Source of the DNA: Octopus sinensis
Lineage: Eukaryota
DNA length: 64,000 bases
Assembly: GCF_006345805.1 (NCBI RefSeq)
Contig: NC_043003.1
Span: 53,072,001-53,136,000 of the forward strand
Direction: 5' to 3'
Positions within the stretch are counted from its first letter, which is position 1. Each line of letters starts with the position of its first letter. This document shows positions 51,740 through 64,000 of the stretch, in pieces. A program made the position numbers and the translations under genes. The notes below the pieces were generated by a model that ran no database searches, had not been told where the DNA came from, and worked only from the letters and a program-made list of their open reading frames with translations.

Positions 51740-52570
51740 AAAGGTTTCATCCTGGCTGCTCAAGATCAAAGCCTATTAACTCGGAACTACCAGGCCAATG
51801 TGATGAAAAATGGAGCAGACCCAAAATGCCGATTCTGCAACGACATGATTGAAACAGTGGACCACCTAATCTCTGGATGTAAAGTCTTAGCACCAGTGGA
51901 GTATAAATTAAGACATGACAGAGTTGGCCAATATCTCCACTGGCTAATAAGTCGGCATTACAATATCAAAACTGCCGACAAGTGGTATAATCACCACCCT
52001 GAGGCTGTAACTGAAGGAGAAAATGTAACCATTCTGTGGGACTTTCCAGTACATACAGACCGAACCATCAAGGCCAATAAACCAGATATTGTTGTGAAAG
52101 ACCAAAACAATAAAGTTTGCTTATTGATCGACATGAGCATCCCCTGTGATCATAATATCTCAGCGAAAGAGTTTGACAAGCTCAGAAAATATAAAGACCT
52201 ACTCATTGAAATTGAGAAAATGTGGCATCTCAAGGCGGTTACAATACCAGTGATCGTAGGAGCACTAGGAATGATCAAGAAGGGAACCGAAAATTATATG
52301 AGAATGATCCCTGGCTTACCATACCTGCAAGAAGTGCAAAAGATTGTCTTAACTGGTACATCACACGTATTGAGAAGAGCATTGTCGATGTGAGAACTGT
52401 TGCTGCTCATTTATTTTAATTTAACTTTAGAAAAAAAAAAAAAAATGAACGAACTACTGAGTTTGGTTTAATGGCCTACCAATGTATACTATGAGTTTCT
52501 TTGCCCTAGGAGTCGGGAAGACACTCGGCAAGAAATGATAGCAAATTTGAAAGAAGAAAAAAAAAAGTAA
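51740..52570 (+). mobile_element. 5'-truncated R4/Dong-like non-LTR retrotransposon in (AAT)n
   Basis: The open frame starts right after the array (GFILAAQDQSLLTRNY...); the 3' UTR ends in an A-rich run followed by TAATGATAATAATAATAAT. Confidence 0.9.
51800..52393 (+). CDS. Uninterrupted C-terminal CCHC knuckle plus restriction-like endonuclease of the non-LTR element (TE remnant, not a host gene)
   Basis: CRFCNDMIETVDHLISGC, RHDRV, ILWDFPVHTDRTIKANKPDIVV...LLIDMSIP, KLRKYKDL, IPVIVGALG. Confidence 0.85.
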   Translation: MMKNGADPKCRFCNDMIETVDHLISGCKVLAPVEYKLRHDRVGQYLHWLISRHYNIKTADKWYNHHPEAVTEGENVTILWDFPVHTDRTIKANKPDIVVKDQNNKVCLLIDMSIPCDHNISAKEFDKLRKYKDLLIEIEKMWHLKAVTIPVIVGALGMIKKGTENYMRMIPGLPYLQEVQKIVLTGTSHVLRRALSM

Positions 52571-52589
52571 TGATAATAATAATAATAGT

Positions 52590-53150
52590 ACCAGGCAGAG
52601 GCTCTCATGGCTTCTGATCTTAACTGATTGGAAGTGTTATCATGTACATTGTTCTGTCTTGGTATAAAAGATGGGCTACAGCAAATATTCTGCTCAATAC
52701 CACAGATTTGCTTGTCAGTTGTTTGACCTTAACCAGTTAAGCATGTCCCTTAGTGGCTGACGATATGTGCATCTCTGATCACAAGCAGAAATAGTGGGGT
52801 AGCATCATAGCCATGTGTTGAGAGGGATTCTTTGGCGTTTGAATAATTCACCTCTGGAGACATGGGTGGGTTTTTCAACATCCTTAAACAACCCTTATTC
52901 AGGGACCGTTTGAGCGGGATGGGCTACTCAACCTGAAGAAAATTCTAACTGGGCCCCACCTGCAAGGTCATGTGCAGTTTATCTTGATATGAGATCACCA
53001 TGCCGCGCACATATGGTTGTGATGCATGTGCCTGGTGTGCCCTTATCAGACGGGTAGTCATGATGTGTATATTGGGCTTCGTATATTTTACCCCAGTGTC
53101 ACTTTGATGGCATGAACTGCTCTCTCACTCAATAATAATAATAATAATAA
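52590..53150 (+). mobile_element. ~540-bp unclassified interspersed repeat ending in (AAT)n
   Basis: Higher-GC non-coding block bounded by (AAT)n on both sides. Repetitiveness is from recognition only, as there is one copy in the window. Confidence 0.45.
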
Positions 53151-53211
53151 TGACTGAAACAAGTAAAAGAGAGTAATAATAATAATAATAATGATGATGA
53201 TGATAATGATG

Positions 53212-53540
53212 GTTTCAAATTTTGGCTCAAGGTTAGCAAGTTTAGAGGAAAGAGGTAATTCGATTACATCGGCCACAGTGTTCGACTGGTACTTATTTTA
53301 TAGAACCCTAAGGGTGAAGGGCAAAGTCAACCCCGGACGAAATGCCGCTAAGCATTTTGTCCGGCATAGCACGCCGGGCAAACTACTTAGCAACATGTCG
53401 TCCGTCCTTTCGTTCTGAGTTCATATTCCGCCGAGGTCGACTTTGCCTTTCATCCTTTCGAGGTCAGTACATTAAATACCAGTGAAACACTGAGGTTGAT
53501 GTAATCGACTTAATCTCTTCCCCCAAGCTGCCCCTGTAGA
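53212..53540. mobile_element. Two SINE B copies fused head-to-head
   Basis: Minus copy 53212-53370 and plus copy 53367-53540 meet at CCGGC-ATAGCAC-GCCGG. Confidence 0.75.
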
Positions 53541-53549
53541 AAAAAAATT

Positions 53550-53587
<38 letters not shown>

Positions 53588-54326
53588 TATCATCGTTATT
53601 AATAATGATAGCCGAGGTTGAATTTCGAGGTCGATAAATTAAGTACCAGTTGCGTACGAGGGTCGATCTAATCAACTAGTCCCCTCCCCAGAAATTTCGG
53701 GCCTCGTACCTAGAGTAGAAGAGGATAATGTTGATAACCATCTGTGTATCACGTTTAATGCAAATACCTCTTGAAAGGTAAATTATTGGTGACATTCGTT
53801 TGAAGATCATAGACACACGATCTCCGGACGAATCCCGTAGTTGGACGTACTGCGTTTATAAACACAAATATGACGTCAGTAACAAGCGACAATCGTCCAG
53901 CAGAAACAGTAAGAATGCTTTGTCAATAGCTTATGCTCTCTACCAGCTATAAACTAAGGCAAACTCCGTCGCTATTGATATAGGATAACAGTGACTGAAA
54001 AATCACTGGTGTTGCTGCAATTAGCCACCCGGCTAAATAAAATTTGTTATATGCAAATATGGAACAGAAGCAGTAGTAGATCAAAATAGCTATCTGTGTA
54101 TCAATAGCGACAAAATCTACTGCTACTGATATTGGAAAACAATGATTGAAAAATCTGAAATGCTGCGATTAGCCGTCCTGATTGTTAAAAAAATTATCTT
54201 GGGCTTTGCTAAGATAGCTTACACAAAGAAAGAAATATGGTGTCCTAAAAATCTATACACACATCGAAGGACTATAAGTTTGGTGTTTATCAAAATATAT
54301 TTAATTTTCAATATCTAATAGAATAA

Positions 54327-54545
54327 GTAGCGCGAATTGGCAGAATTGTTACCGCGCCGGGCAAAATATTTAGCGGCATTTCGTTCATTCTTCATTTTCT
54401 GAGTTCAAATTCCGCTGAGATCGACTTTGCCTTTCATCTTTTCGGGGTTGATAAAATAAGTATCAGCTGAGAACTGGGGTCAATATAATCGACTTACTCC
54501 CTCCTATGAAATTTCAGGCCTTGTGCCAAAATTTGAAATTGGTAT
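54327..54545 (+). mobile_element. SINE family B monomer
   Basis: GCGAATTGGCAGAATTG...GAGTTCAAATTCCG...CCTTGTGCCAAAATTTGAAA. Confidence 0.85.
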
Positions 54546-54764
54546 TTCATAAAATCAGCAAAGTTTATCTTTTTTTATGAACGCATGTTTTCAGTCTGAT
54601 GGCCATTCTGATCCATGTACAACGCAATGCAGTGAAATTGCAAACATCAAGAAACAATTCCTTTGGTATTCTTGTGCATTCTCGTTCAATTGTTGCATTC
54701 AATTCGTCGATTACTGCTGTTTCCTTTTAACTTAAACTTTATATTTTCCTTATTCCCATAAAAG

Positions 54765-55310
54765 GACTCCAGTGGTTTGAAGTCCGGGCGTTATTCTACA
54801 GAAACTTTCGTTCAATCAACTTGTTTGGCAAAAATCTCATCAAGTCAGGTCCTAATATTACTATGGTAATGTGCAGGTACCCCATCTTACTAGAAAAAAA
54901 AAGACTCCATATCTTCAAAGCCATTTTGAATGAATGACAAGACAGAGGGAAAATGGGACCATTCATAGAACCGTCAAAAAAAAAAAGCATGATGCAATTA
55001 ATCTTTTTGATTATAAGTCGCACCATACTGATGTCCCTCCGCAATATGCAGAATCTCAGGCCCCAGTAAGTGCAATTGTGGTGCTTAATCGAGCCTTTGT
55101 TTGAAAGTATGCCTAATGTACACATCTCACCAAGTATCACCCACAAAACTCTACTCTTCAGTACGGATCATCGTCATTGAGAGTATGAACTATCATGTAA
55201 TGTAACGTTTCCGGTGACAGTGCTTCAAATTGTGACGGACGGTTGAATTTGAAATTCGACTCGCTTGCCACACAAATTTTTCCTGAACTTTGGCAATGCG
55301 TTTCTAGTGC
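54765..55310 (-). pseudogene. Tc1/mariner transposase catalytic-domain remnant
   Basis: Across frames: HNCTYWG, FFFDGSMNG, DGVPAHYHSNIRT*LDEIF, and a decayed WPxRSPDLxPL-like end (RPDFKPL). Confidence 0.7.
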
Positions 55311-55460
55311 TCATTGCTTTTTTCTCCGTTTTATATATATATGTGTATGTATGTATGTATGTATGTATGTATGTATGTATGTATGTATGTATGTATGTTT
55401 GTATGTATGTATGTATGTATGTATGTAGGTATGTTTGTATGTATGTATGTATGATTGATT

Positions 55461-55841
55461 GATTAAAAAACGGACAAAAAGACAAGAAATAACAACAACA
55501 CAAGGACGTAGCACATGTAAAGTATTAATAAGACGCTCAAGGAAGGAAAGAGTGGTTGTTTTACGTTTCGAGCATAGCTCTTCTTAAGAAACAGGAGACA
55601 GGAAATTCCAAAAGAAAAAATCGCCAACAGTCCGCGTAACTACACGTGGACTATTGGCGATTTGTTTCCTCCTTCTTCCTTTTCTTATGGATTTTCCTAT
55701 GTCTCCTGTTTCCTAAGAAGAGCTATGCTCGAAACGTAAAACAACCACACTTTTCCTTCTTTGAGTGTCTTATTAATACTTTGCATGTGCTACGTCCTCG
55801 CGTTGTTGTTTTTTCTTGTCTTTTTTCTCCATTTTTTAATC
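55461..55841. mobile_element. ~380-bp palindrome of PLE-like terminal repeats, each with a mutated HHR-like motif
   Basis: 55461-55637 is the reverse complement of 55644-55841 (15-nt insertion in the right arm); AAGAGCTATGCTCGAAACGTAAAAC occurs on both strands. Confidence 0.8.
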
Positions 55842-55880
55842 ATATACATAATATATACATACATACGTACATATATACAC

Positions 55881-55935
<55 letters not shown>

Positions 55936-55972
55936 GAAGGGCACTCAACAAATTTATTGGGAGTTATATGTA

Positions 55973-56126
55973 TGGATCAAAACAGTTTGATTCAAACTCG
56001 TTGGTACTTTGAGTCTCAAGCTAAACTTCGGCCATAGGAATTTGAATCAAATTCTTATGGTCGAATATTAGCATCACACCTGAAACTCAGAGTACCAAGG
56101 AGTTTGAACCAAACTGTTTTGATCCA
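55973..56126. mobile_element. 154-bp palindromic foldback element
   Basis: 42-bp inverted termini TGGATCAAAACAGTTTG(A/G)TTCAAACTC... plus an inner hairpin TTCGGCCATAGGAATTTGA-A-TCAAATTCTTATGGTCGAA. Confidence 0.85.
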
Positions 56127-56264
56127 CACACACACACATACACATATATACAGTATATGTATGTAAGCGTGTATGTATGTATTAATGTGTGTATTAAAGA
56201 ATTTGTTTCTTAAATAATTAATAATCGTTCTTTAAATATTGTGACTGTACCAAGTATGTTTTGC

Positions 56265-56331
<67 letters not shown>

Positions 56332-56689
56332 GTGTATAATTTCGATACCTCACTACTTTCTATTGTGCGTTTGTGTGTGTGTGCAAGCATGGCTGAGCGG
56401 TTAAAAAGGTAATTTCGTAACCATGCGGTAACATGTTCTAGCCAGTACATCATATCTTTGGTGAGTGTGTTTACCATAGCTTGAGTTGATTCAAGCGTTG
56501 TCAGTAAAGGTTTTGGGGGAAAATGGTTCAGAAACTCATCGAGTCGACTTTCTATTTCAAATCCAGACTCGTCAAATTGTATCACGCTACGTATTCCATT
56601 TCAAAATTAAGCTAAGAGCTCATATGTCTGCAGAATACTCATCCATTTCACACGCCTATTCAATGATCGAATAAGGAGTATTCCTCATC

Positions 56690-56830
56690 GAGTTTCTGCC
56701 TCATGAGGATTTGGTCGCCCCGAATCTATAATAGAAAACATGCACCGATGGTGTCACGCAGTGGGCCTGAACCCGGAACGATATGGTTTGGAAGTAAACT
56801 TCATACCACACTGTCACGCTTGCGCCTTCG
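56690..56830 (-). mobile_element. Diverged SINE family C head
   Basis: CACGCAGTGGGCCTGAACCCGGAAC. Confidence 0.7.
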
Positions 56831-57124
56831 GTTATATGAGCAAATTATCAAAGACCTCCCAACTATGACCATTCCATCTAATTTTGTCATTGTATCTAGA
56901 AGAACATCATCAATCTTCATTTTTTTTCTTGACCGCTAAGGTGTGATTCAAGGGAGACTTTGCTGCTATTTCTTGCAAGCAAATCTCTATGACCACGTAG
57001 AGGCTTGCTCGATACCTCTTTCAAACATATAATTCATATTAATAGTAAACATTGAGATAATGCTTCCTTTCGACGTTCTATTGACAAACTAATACTTGTT
57101 TTAATTGGTGCAAGTTATCAGTAT

Positions 57125-57365
57125 TCTTTTTGCTTTGCAACCACGTGGTCCTAGGTTCAGTCTCACTCTGCAGCACCCAGACAAGTGACTTCTACTATAA
57201 CAGCAGGCCAACCAGTGCCTTTTGAGTGAATTTGATAGATGGAAACAGTGTGGAAACCTGTCGTCTAAATAAACCTGTGTGTGTGTTTGCATATGTGCTT
57301 TCTTCCCCATCATCACTTGACAACTAGTATTGGTTTATTTACATCCCCGTAACTTAGCGGTTCGA
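57125..57365 (+). mobile_element. Diverged SINE family C
   Basis: GGTTCAGTCTCACT...CCCCGTAACTTAGCGGTTCG. Confidence 0.7.
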
Positions 57366-57569
57366 TAAAAGTACAAAGAATGCAATGTTGATATATTTTT
57401 GTCAAAATAAATGAGCTTTGGTAAATCGAAAAATTTTTGAGCTTCTGAAAGTTACTGAAACTCATCAGGGAAGATTGTGAACAAAAGTACTTAGATACGT
57501 ATATGGTAAACTTATGGTAAACATTATGGAAAATAAGTTCGAATATTTCGTTTGTGTGTTAAACAGAGA

Positions 57570-57900
57570 CTATTCGGTTGGTTTTAGAGTTACCGACGAA
57601 CTCAACTTAATTAGCAATATCTCCGATTTTACAAAAGCGTGTTGTCAGCTAGCACAGAAGGGGCCTATGTGTAGGTAGTTCTTGTTGATTTTAACAAAGC
57701 TTTTGATTTCGTTTGATAGATGCCTGTTAAGTTCATATTTTTTATATATCTTACGTTATACATCTAAGTGCCATCATTTTGTACAAATTAGAAACTCGTT
57801 TAGTCCAATCTAGATTGGCTTTCGTTAAGCTGTTTGTAGTGTCACCGCTACATATCACTAAAACGTCGTAACAACAAGGAGATTGTATTTCCAATGCTGT
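57570..57900 (+). pseudogene. Highly decayed non-LTR reverse transcriptase fragment
   Basis: VVLVDFNKAFDFV from 57675 and QQGDCIS near 57875. Confidence 0.55.
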
Positions 57901-59041
57901 TGCACTAGGATTGGTTGAAGACTAATCAGCAAATCGCATGGCTTGATCATGTAGGTTGTATGAAAGTGGGAAACATCCAAACAAATCTAATGTAGAGAAA
58001 AAACTTCATTCGCTTGTCTCTTTGTCGGACAAGCTAAAAAAGTTTCTGAAACACATACCGGCGGTGAACATCGTATCCGGTGAACGTTAATATCCAGCAG
58101 TTCACATCTACTAAATCTTAATATTTTTTTTATAATTCCAATAGAACTTCTGAAATTGACAATATACTGTATTGAAACGTCGTCCTGCATCTGACAGATC
58201 GACTTATGTTACACTTCACACAGCTCTTGGAAAAGTTCAGAGCTAGGTCAACATTATTAAAATATATGTTCACGTGTTGTGACCAAAGCGTTCCTCCTTT
58301 GTCGATTATGGCTTTACTAAATCATGTCACATACCCTAAGATAACTCATAAAAGAATCTTAAGATCACATATTTTACGGTGCTGCTGTTATGTACACAAA
58401 CATCGTAGACTGCTTCAAAAGAAAACCACCCGTGTAACTTGCAAGGATCCACTCACTAACACACTCCGACATCTAACCCATTGACACACTCCTCATTGTA
58501 CCTTTTCTACTATGTACGTATAAACACATTGGGCTATGAATAACGGAAATCATGTATCTGAGAAGTACCCATCAACTAGTACATTCATTTAGGAGCATGT
58601 AAGTTAGTTGATGGCATAAACGAATTCCCAGTCAAAAGACGGATAACCATTGCTATTACAAGAAACTCCCCTCCTTTGAACTAGCTAGTGATATATTACA
58701 TCTACTCAATCCCACCTGGTAAACCGATCTCTTATCCTGTTGTCAACCACAAGTATTTTGTATGAGCCCCCCACCTATACACTAACGCCATCTCTAATTC
58801 TCCCTTCTCTGAACGTTAACTCTCGGGTATTTTGTTCCGTCGAAAGAATTTTCTGCAATCGTCGAGTTGCAGATTTTCTAGCTGAACATACAGCGAAATA
58901 ATCTCGGACGCAGACATGAATGTGTGGCTATGAAGCTGACTTTTCAACTACATGCTTTCTGGTTCAATTCAATTACGCGGGACCTGGAGCAAGTGTCTTC
59001 TATTATTGCCACAGCTTTCCTGAGTCACAGAAACTGTGTGG

Positions 59042-59275
59042 AAGGCGGCGAGCTTGCAAAAACGTTAGCACGCCGGGTAATGCTTAGCGTATTTCGTCTG
59101 CCAGTACGTTCTGAGTTCAAATTCCGCCGAGGTCGACTTTGCCTTTCAACCTTTCGGGGTCGATAAATTAAGTACCAGTTATGCAATGGGGTCGATATAA
59201 TCGACTTAATCTGTTTGTCTGTCCTTGTTTGTCCCCTCTGTGTGTAGCCCCTTGTGGGCAGTAAAGAAATAAGAA
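59042..59275 (+). mobile_element. SINE family B monomer (tail1)
   Basis: Homology to 16839-17070. Confidence 0.9.
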
Positions 59276-59320
59276 ATTGTGTGGAAGATTGTCCTGTAAA
59301 TAAAAATGCATGTATACACA

Positions 59321-59359
<39 letters not shown>

Positions 59360-59854
59360 GCGGCCGCGCGCGTGTGTATGCGTATATGTATATATACACG
59401 TGTGTGTCTTTGTGTTTATCCTTATCTTCACCGCTTAACAACTGGTATAGGAAGGATTACATCCCAGTGGAAAAGAGTGGGATAGGCAATTAAAAAAACA
59501 TATCTGGGGAGGCCTGTGAATATCATAGGTTGACTAAACATTAACAACGACATTCATAGTACATAAAATACACATATACAGCTCCTAGAGGTATTTCTAC
59601 TTATGTTTAATGTAATGAGATATTCCATGTCTAATGATTAATCGAAATGAGAATTAACATCAGAGCTTATTAATAAAATACAAACGGAAGCGTGAACAAA
59701 ATGTTACTGTGACAAGTATGTGCTTCTGTGTTAGAACCCGCTACGGGTGAGCAAGGCGTTCTCAGAGAAATAGAATAGATATCAACTGTAAGCTATGCAT
59801 GTATGTATGTTTGCATGTATGTATGTATGTATGTATGTATGTATGTATGTATGC

Positions 59855-60040
59855 ATGTGACCGCGTGTGTGTCATTGGCGATTTTCTTTCTCCTTCTTCC
59901 CTTCTTTGGCCTTTTTCTATATTCCTGACGAAGAGCTCCGCCCGAAATGTGATATCCTTTTTCTTTTCTTTCTTTTCCTGAGCGTCCAATAACAATGTAC
60001 TTATTCCACTTCCTCACGTTTTTGTTTTTTCTTGCATGTT
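59855..60040 (+). mobile_element. PLE-like terminal repeat with mutated HHR-like motif
   Basis: CTGACGA A GAGC TCC GCCC GAAA TGTG at 59925-59951; homologous to 47140-47375. Confidence 0.6.
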
Positions 60041-60048
60041 CATGTTTG

Positions 60049-60121
<73 letters not shown>

Positions 60122-60219
60122 ACATTAATAATATTATGGTAATAAAGGTTTTAGACAGTTTTACTACCAGTGATCTAGCATATAGAAAAATTAGTCAATA
60201 GACTAATTCTATCTATCTG

Positions 60220-60283
<64 letters not shown>

Positions 60284-61175
60284 CGGTGTGTGTCTATGTA
60301 TGCATTATTATATGTATGTGCATGTACGTGTATATTTGTGTATGCGTGTGTGTGTGTGTGTGTGTATGTATTTGTCTGTCTGTGTGTGTATTTGTGTGTG
60401 CGTGTGCACCCACCCACAAGTGTGTATGTTCTTTCCCCACTCAATAGGAAGAGGAGGTAAGTAACGGATATCCTACAGCGTTCGATACAGTTGACAAAAG
60501 CCCCTGAAGGAAGAGTCCAAGAATGAACCGTAATTACTGAAGAAAAAAGAAAAAAAGAAAAGAAGAGAAAAGAAAGGAGTTTGTAATTTACATCTTGTGG
60601 TGGAAAATTTAAAGAGAATTCATGAATATGTAATACATTAGCATATTGATGGAAGAATATACTATTGTTCTGCACAAAAACGTCGCTTCACATACACATT
60701 TACATACACGCATACATACATACATGCATACATACATACATACATACATACATACATACATACATGCATACATACATACATACATACATACATACATACG
60801 TACATACATACATACGTACACACATACATACATACATACATACATACATACATACGTACGTACGTACATACGTAGTACGTACATAAATACATACATACGT
60901 ATATATTGTGCATGCATGTGTGCATATATGTGTGTGTTTGTGAGTGTGGTGTGTGTGTGAGTGTGCGCGCGCGCACTTGCGCATGTATATATTTCTATAG
61001 ATATATACATATATACATGTATGTATATGTTATATATATACACACACATTTATGTATGTATATATATATGTGTATATGTATTTCCCACACACATTTACAT
61101 ATATACATATATATTCATTATATACATGCATACATACATACATACATACATACATACATACATACCAAACATATA

Positions 61176-61940
<765 letters not shown>

Positions 61941-62389
61941 TAATTTATGTATAAAATTGTGGGTCCCAAGAATATAATAAAAATATAATTCAACGTAATT
62001 GATCTACAGATATATTTAGTTCCTTTGTAGTTGTAAATCGGGAGGAAAGACTCAGCCCTGACCTTTGCAGGACCTCTAAAACAGGCGGGAGAGAGGGGAA
62101 ACTATCGCTAAACAGAAGACAGAGCGCAAGCGTTTAAAACAGAGGGAAGACCTCCAGAGGTAGCAAGAAACCAGATGGTTGTGTTAAACCGAGTGACGTA
62201 TTAAATCTACCAACCAAGGCTGCAACGCCTACACTTTACAAAGCAAAGAAATGTAAATATATCGCATCATGCACAGAAATTTACAACTAAGTTAGGCGCG
62301 AAAGGTGTGTATGTTTGTACCTATGTATATATGTATGTACGTATGCATGCATGTATATGTTTGCGCACACGCACACACACACACACACA

Positions 62390-62440
<51 letters not shown>

Positions 62441-62602
62441 CAACGGGCTTCTTTCAATTTCCGTCTACCAAATCCACTCACAAGGCTTTGGTCGGCCCGA
62501 GGCTATAGTAGAAGACACTTAGCGAAGGTGTCACGCAGTGTGACTGAACTTAGAACCATGTAGTTGGTAAGCAAGCTTCTTACCACACAGACACTCCTGC
62601 GC
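62441..62602 (-). mobile_element. SINE family C head half
   Basis: ACGGGCTTCTTTCAATTTCCGTCTACC...CACTCCTGCGCC. Confidence 0.85.
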
Positions 62603-62627
62603 CTATATGTATATATATATATATATG

Positions 62628-62700
<73 letters not shown>

Positions 62701-62831
62701 TGTACATATATATATATATATGCATATGTGTTTATATATATGTATATGTACATATATGTATATGCATATGTGTTTGTATATATATATGTATATATATGTA
62801 CGTACGTATGTATGTATCTATGTATGTATAT

Positions 62832-62909
<78 letters not shown>

Positions 62910-64000
62910 ATATGTTTGTATCTCTATACCTATACACATATATACACCAATAAGCAGATATGCATGTGTGCGCGCGCGTGTGTGTATGCTTAGGGATCAC
63001 GAAACAAAAATAAAGGCACCGAGGAGAACTGAGCGTATCTTCTATTAAGCCGCCAGGTTAGCGTCTTTATATTTACCACCAAAACAAGTTTTAAATTTTC
63101 TATTCACAGTTTAGGTACACCATCTTTACTTGCTTTATTCGATTTTATCAATAGCCTTTTTTGTCAGTAACTCGCCATGCAGTAATAGGCTATTTATAGT
63201 AATGACTAAAATGTTAAGTCGTCCTAGCACTAATTCAATACACAACTCTAGAATTTACTTGAAAGAATTTTTATATACCACAACCAGGAGAGATCCTTAA
63301 GGTATGAACAATATTTTTTTTTTAAATTATAGTTTTGGCAAGCAAGTCGTATCTTTTGTTGTGGCTGAAGTTAGCTTTTTTTGTGTTGGGAATTCGAGTG
63401 CAATACGTTCTTTCCGGTTAATATTCTTATATACCTTTCGGGGAATATGTCAAGGATTCATTTCGCCAACTATACAATTCCTTATGGCTTTTATTTATTA
63501 ATGCCTTTGTGCAGTTGACTATGTTATACGAAGGGCACGCCACTCCAAATTTGTCAACTTAAAGAGTTGTGTCCCCTACATTAAAATCTATATTTCTTTT
63601 CATCCGGCTGCTCAAAATATTTTATTTTTATTAGAAAAATGCATTTTTAAATACAGAAGCATATTCGCGTAACTTAGAATATTCATTTATATCGAAACAA
63701 ATTATACGTAGTTTGTGAATGCATACATAAAGTGCATACATCATATTTTGTATACGACTGTTTAGATATTTCATCAAACTGACTTTTTGAGCTGCCCCAC
63801 TTAAACACATTTAAGAATAAATATTATTCATTCTACACCATTTCATAGTCATGAAGTTTTTTTTGTTACCTTTTTTTTCTTTCTAAATTGCCCGCATACA
63901 CGTCATATTATTACGTCATTGCAATAAAGTTGTTAGAGAAACGCATTTCTCTGTTTATATATTAATTTATATATTACTTCGGAAAAATTTTAGCTTTTTG

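Noticed and set aside
58172-58200. GAAAC-GTC-GTC...CTGACAGA hammerhead-like words
   Set aside because: The core is imperfect and there is no helix I or II.

Overview
Repeat-saturated, AT-rich eukaryotic DNA. It is probably an Octopus genome; this is inferred from the SINE families and the very dense (TACA)n/(TA)n/(CA)n/(TAGA)n microsatellites, and a BLAST search is needed to confirm it. I could not support any host protein-coding gene, so the window is likely intergenic or deep intronic, and most predicted ORFs are microsatellite artefacts. Contents: many copies of several tRNA-derived SINE families; Tc1/mariner and pogo-type remnants and MITEs; CR1, RTE and L1-like LINE fragments; and R4/Dong-like non-LTR elements with a restriction-like endonuclease (REL) embedded in (TACA)n and (AAT)n arrays. 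There are also two local tandem duplications and many short-spacer inverted duplications. The most notable signal is hammerhead ribozyme (HHR) motifs. A complete type I HHR with an intact core lies at 13127-13214 (-). A minimal HHR lies at 11362-11394 (-) inside a 360-bp palindrome. Four mutated copies of a third HHR-like design lie at 47.2, 55.6, 55.7 and 59.9 kb, in repeats resembling Penelope-like-element (PLE) or retrozyme terminal repeats. Coordinates of degenerate repeats are approximate.
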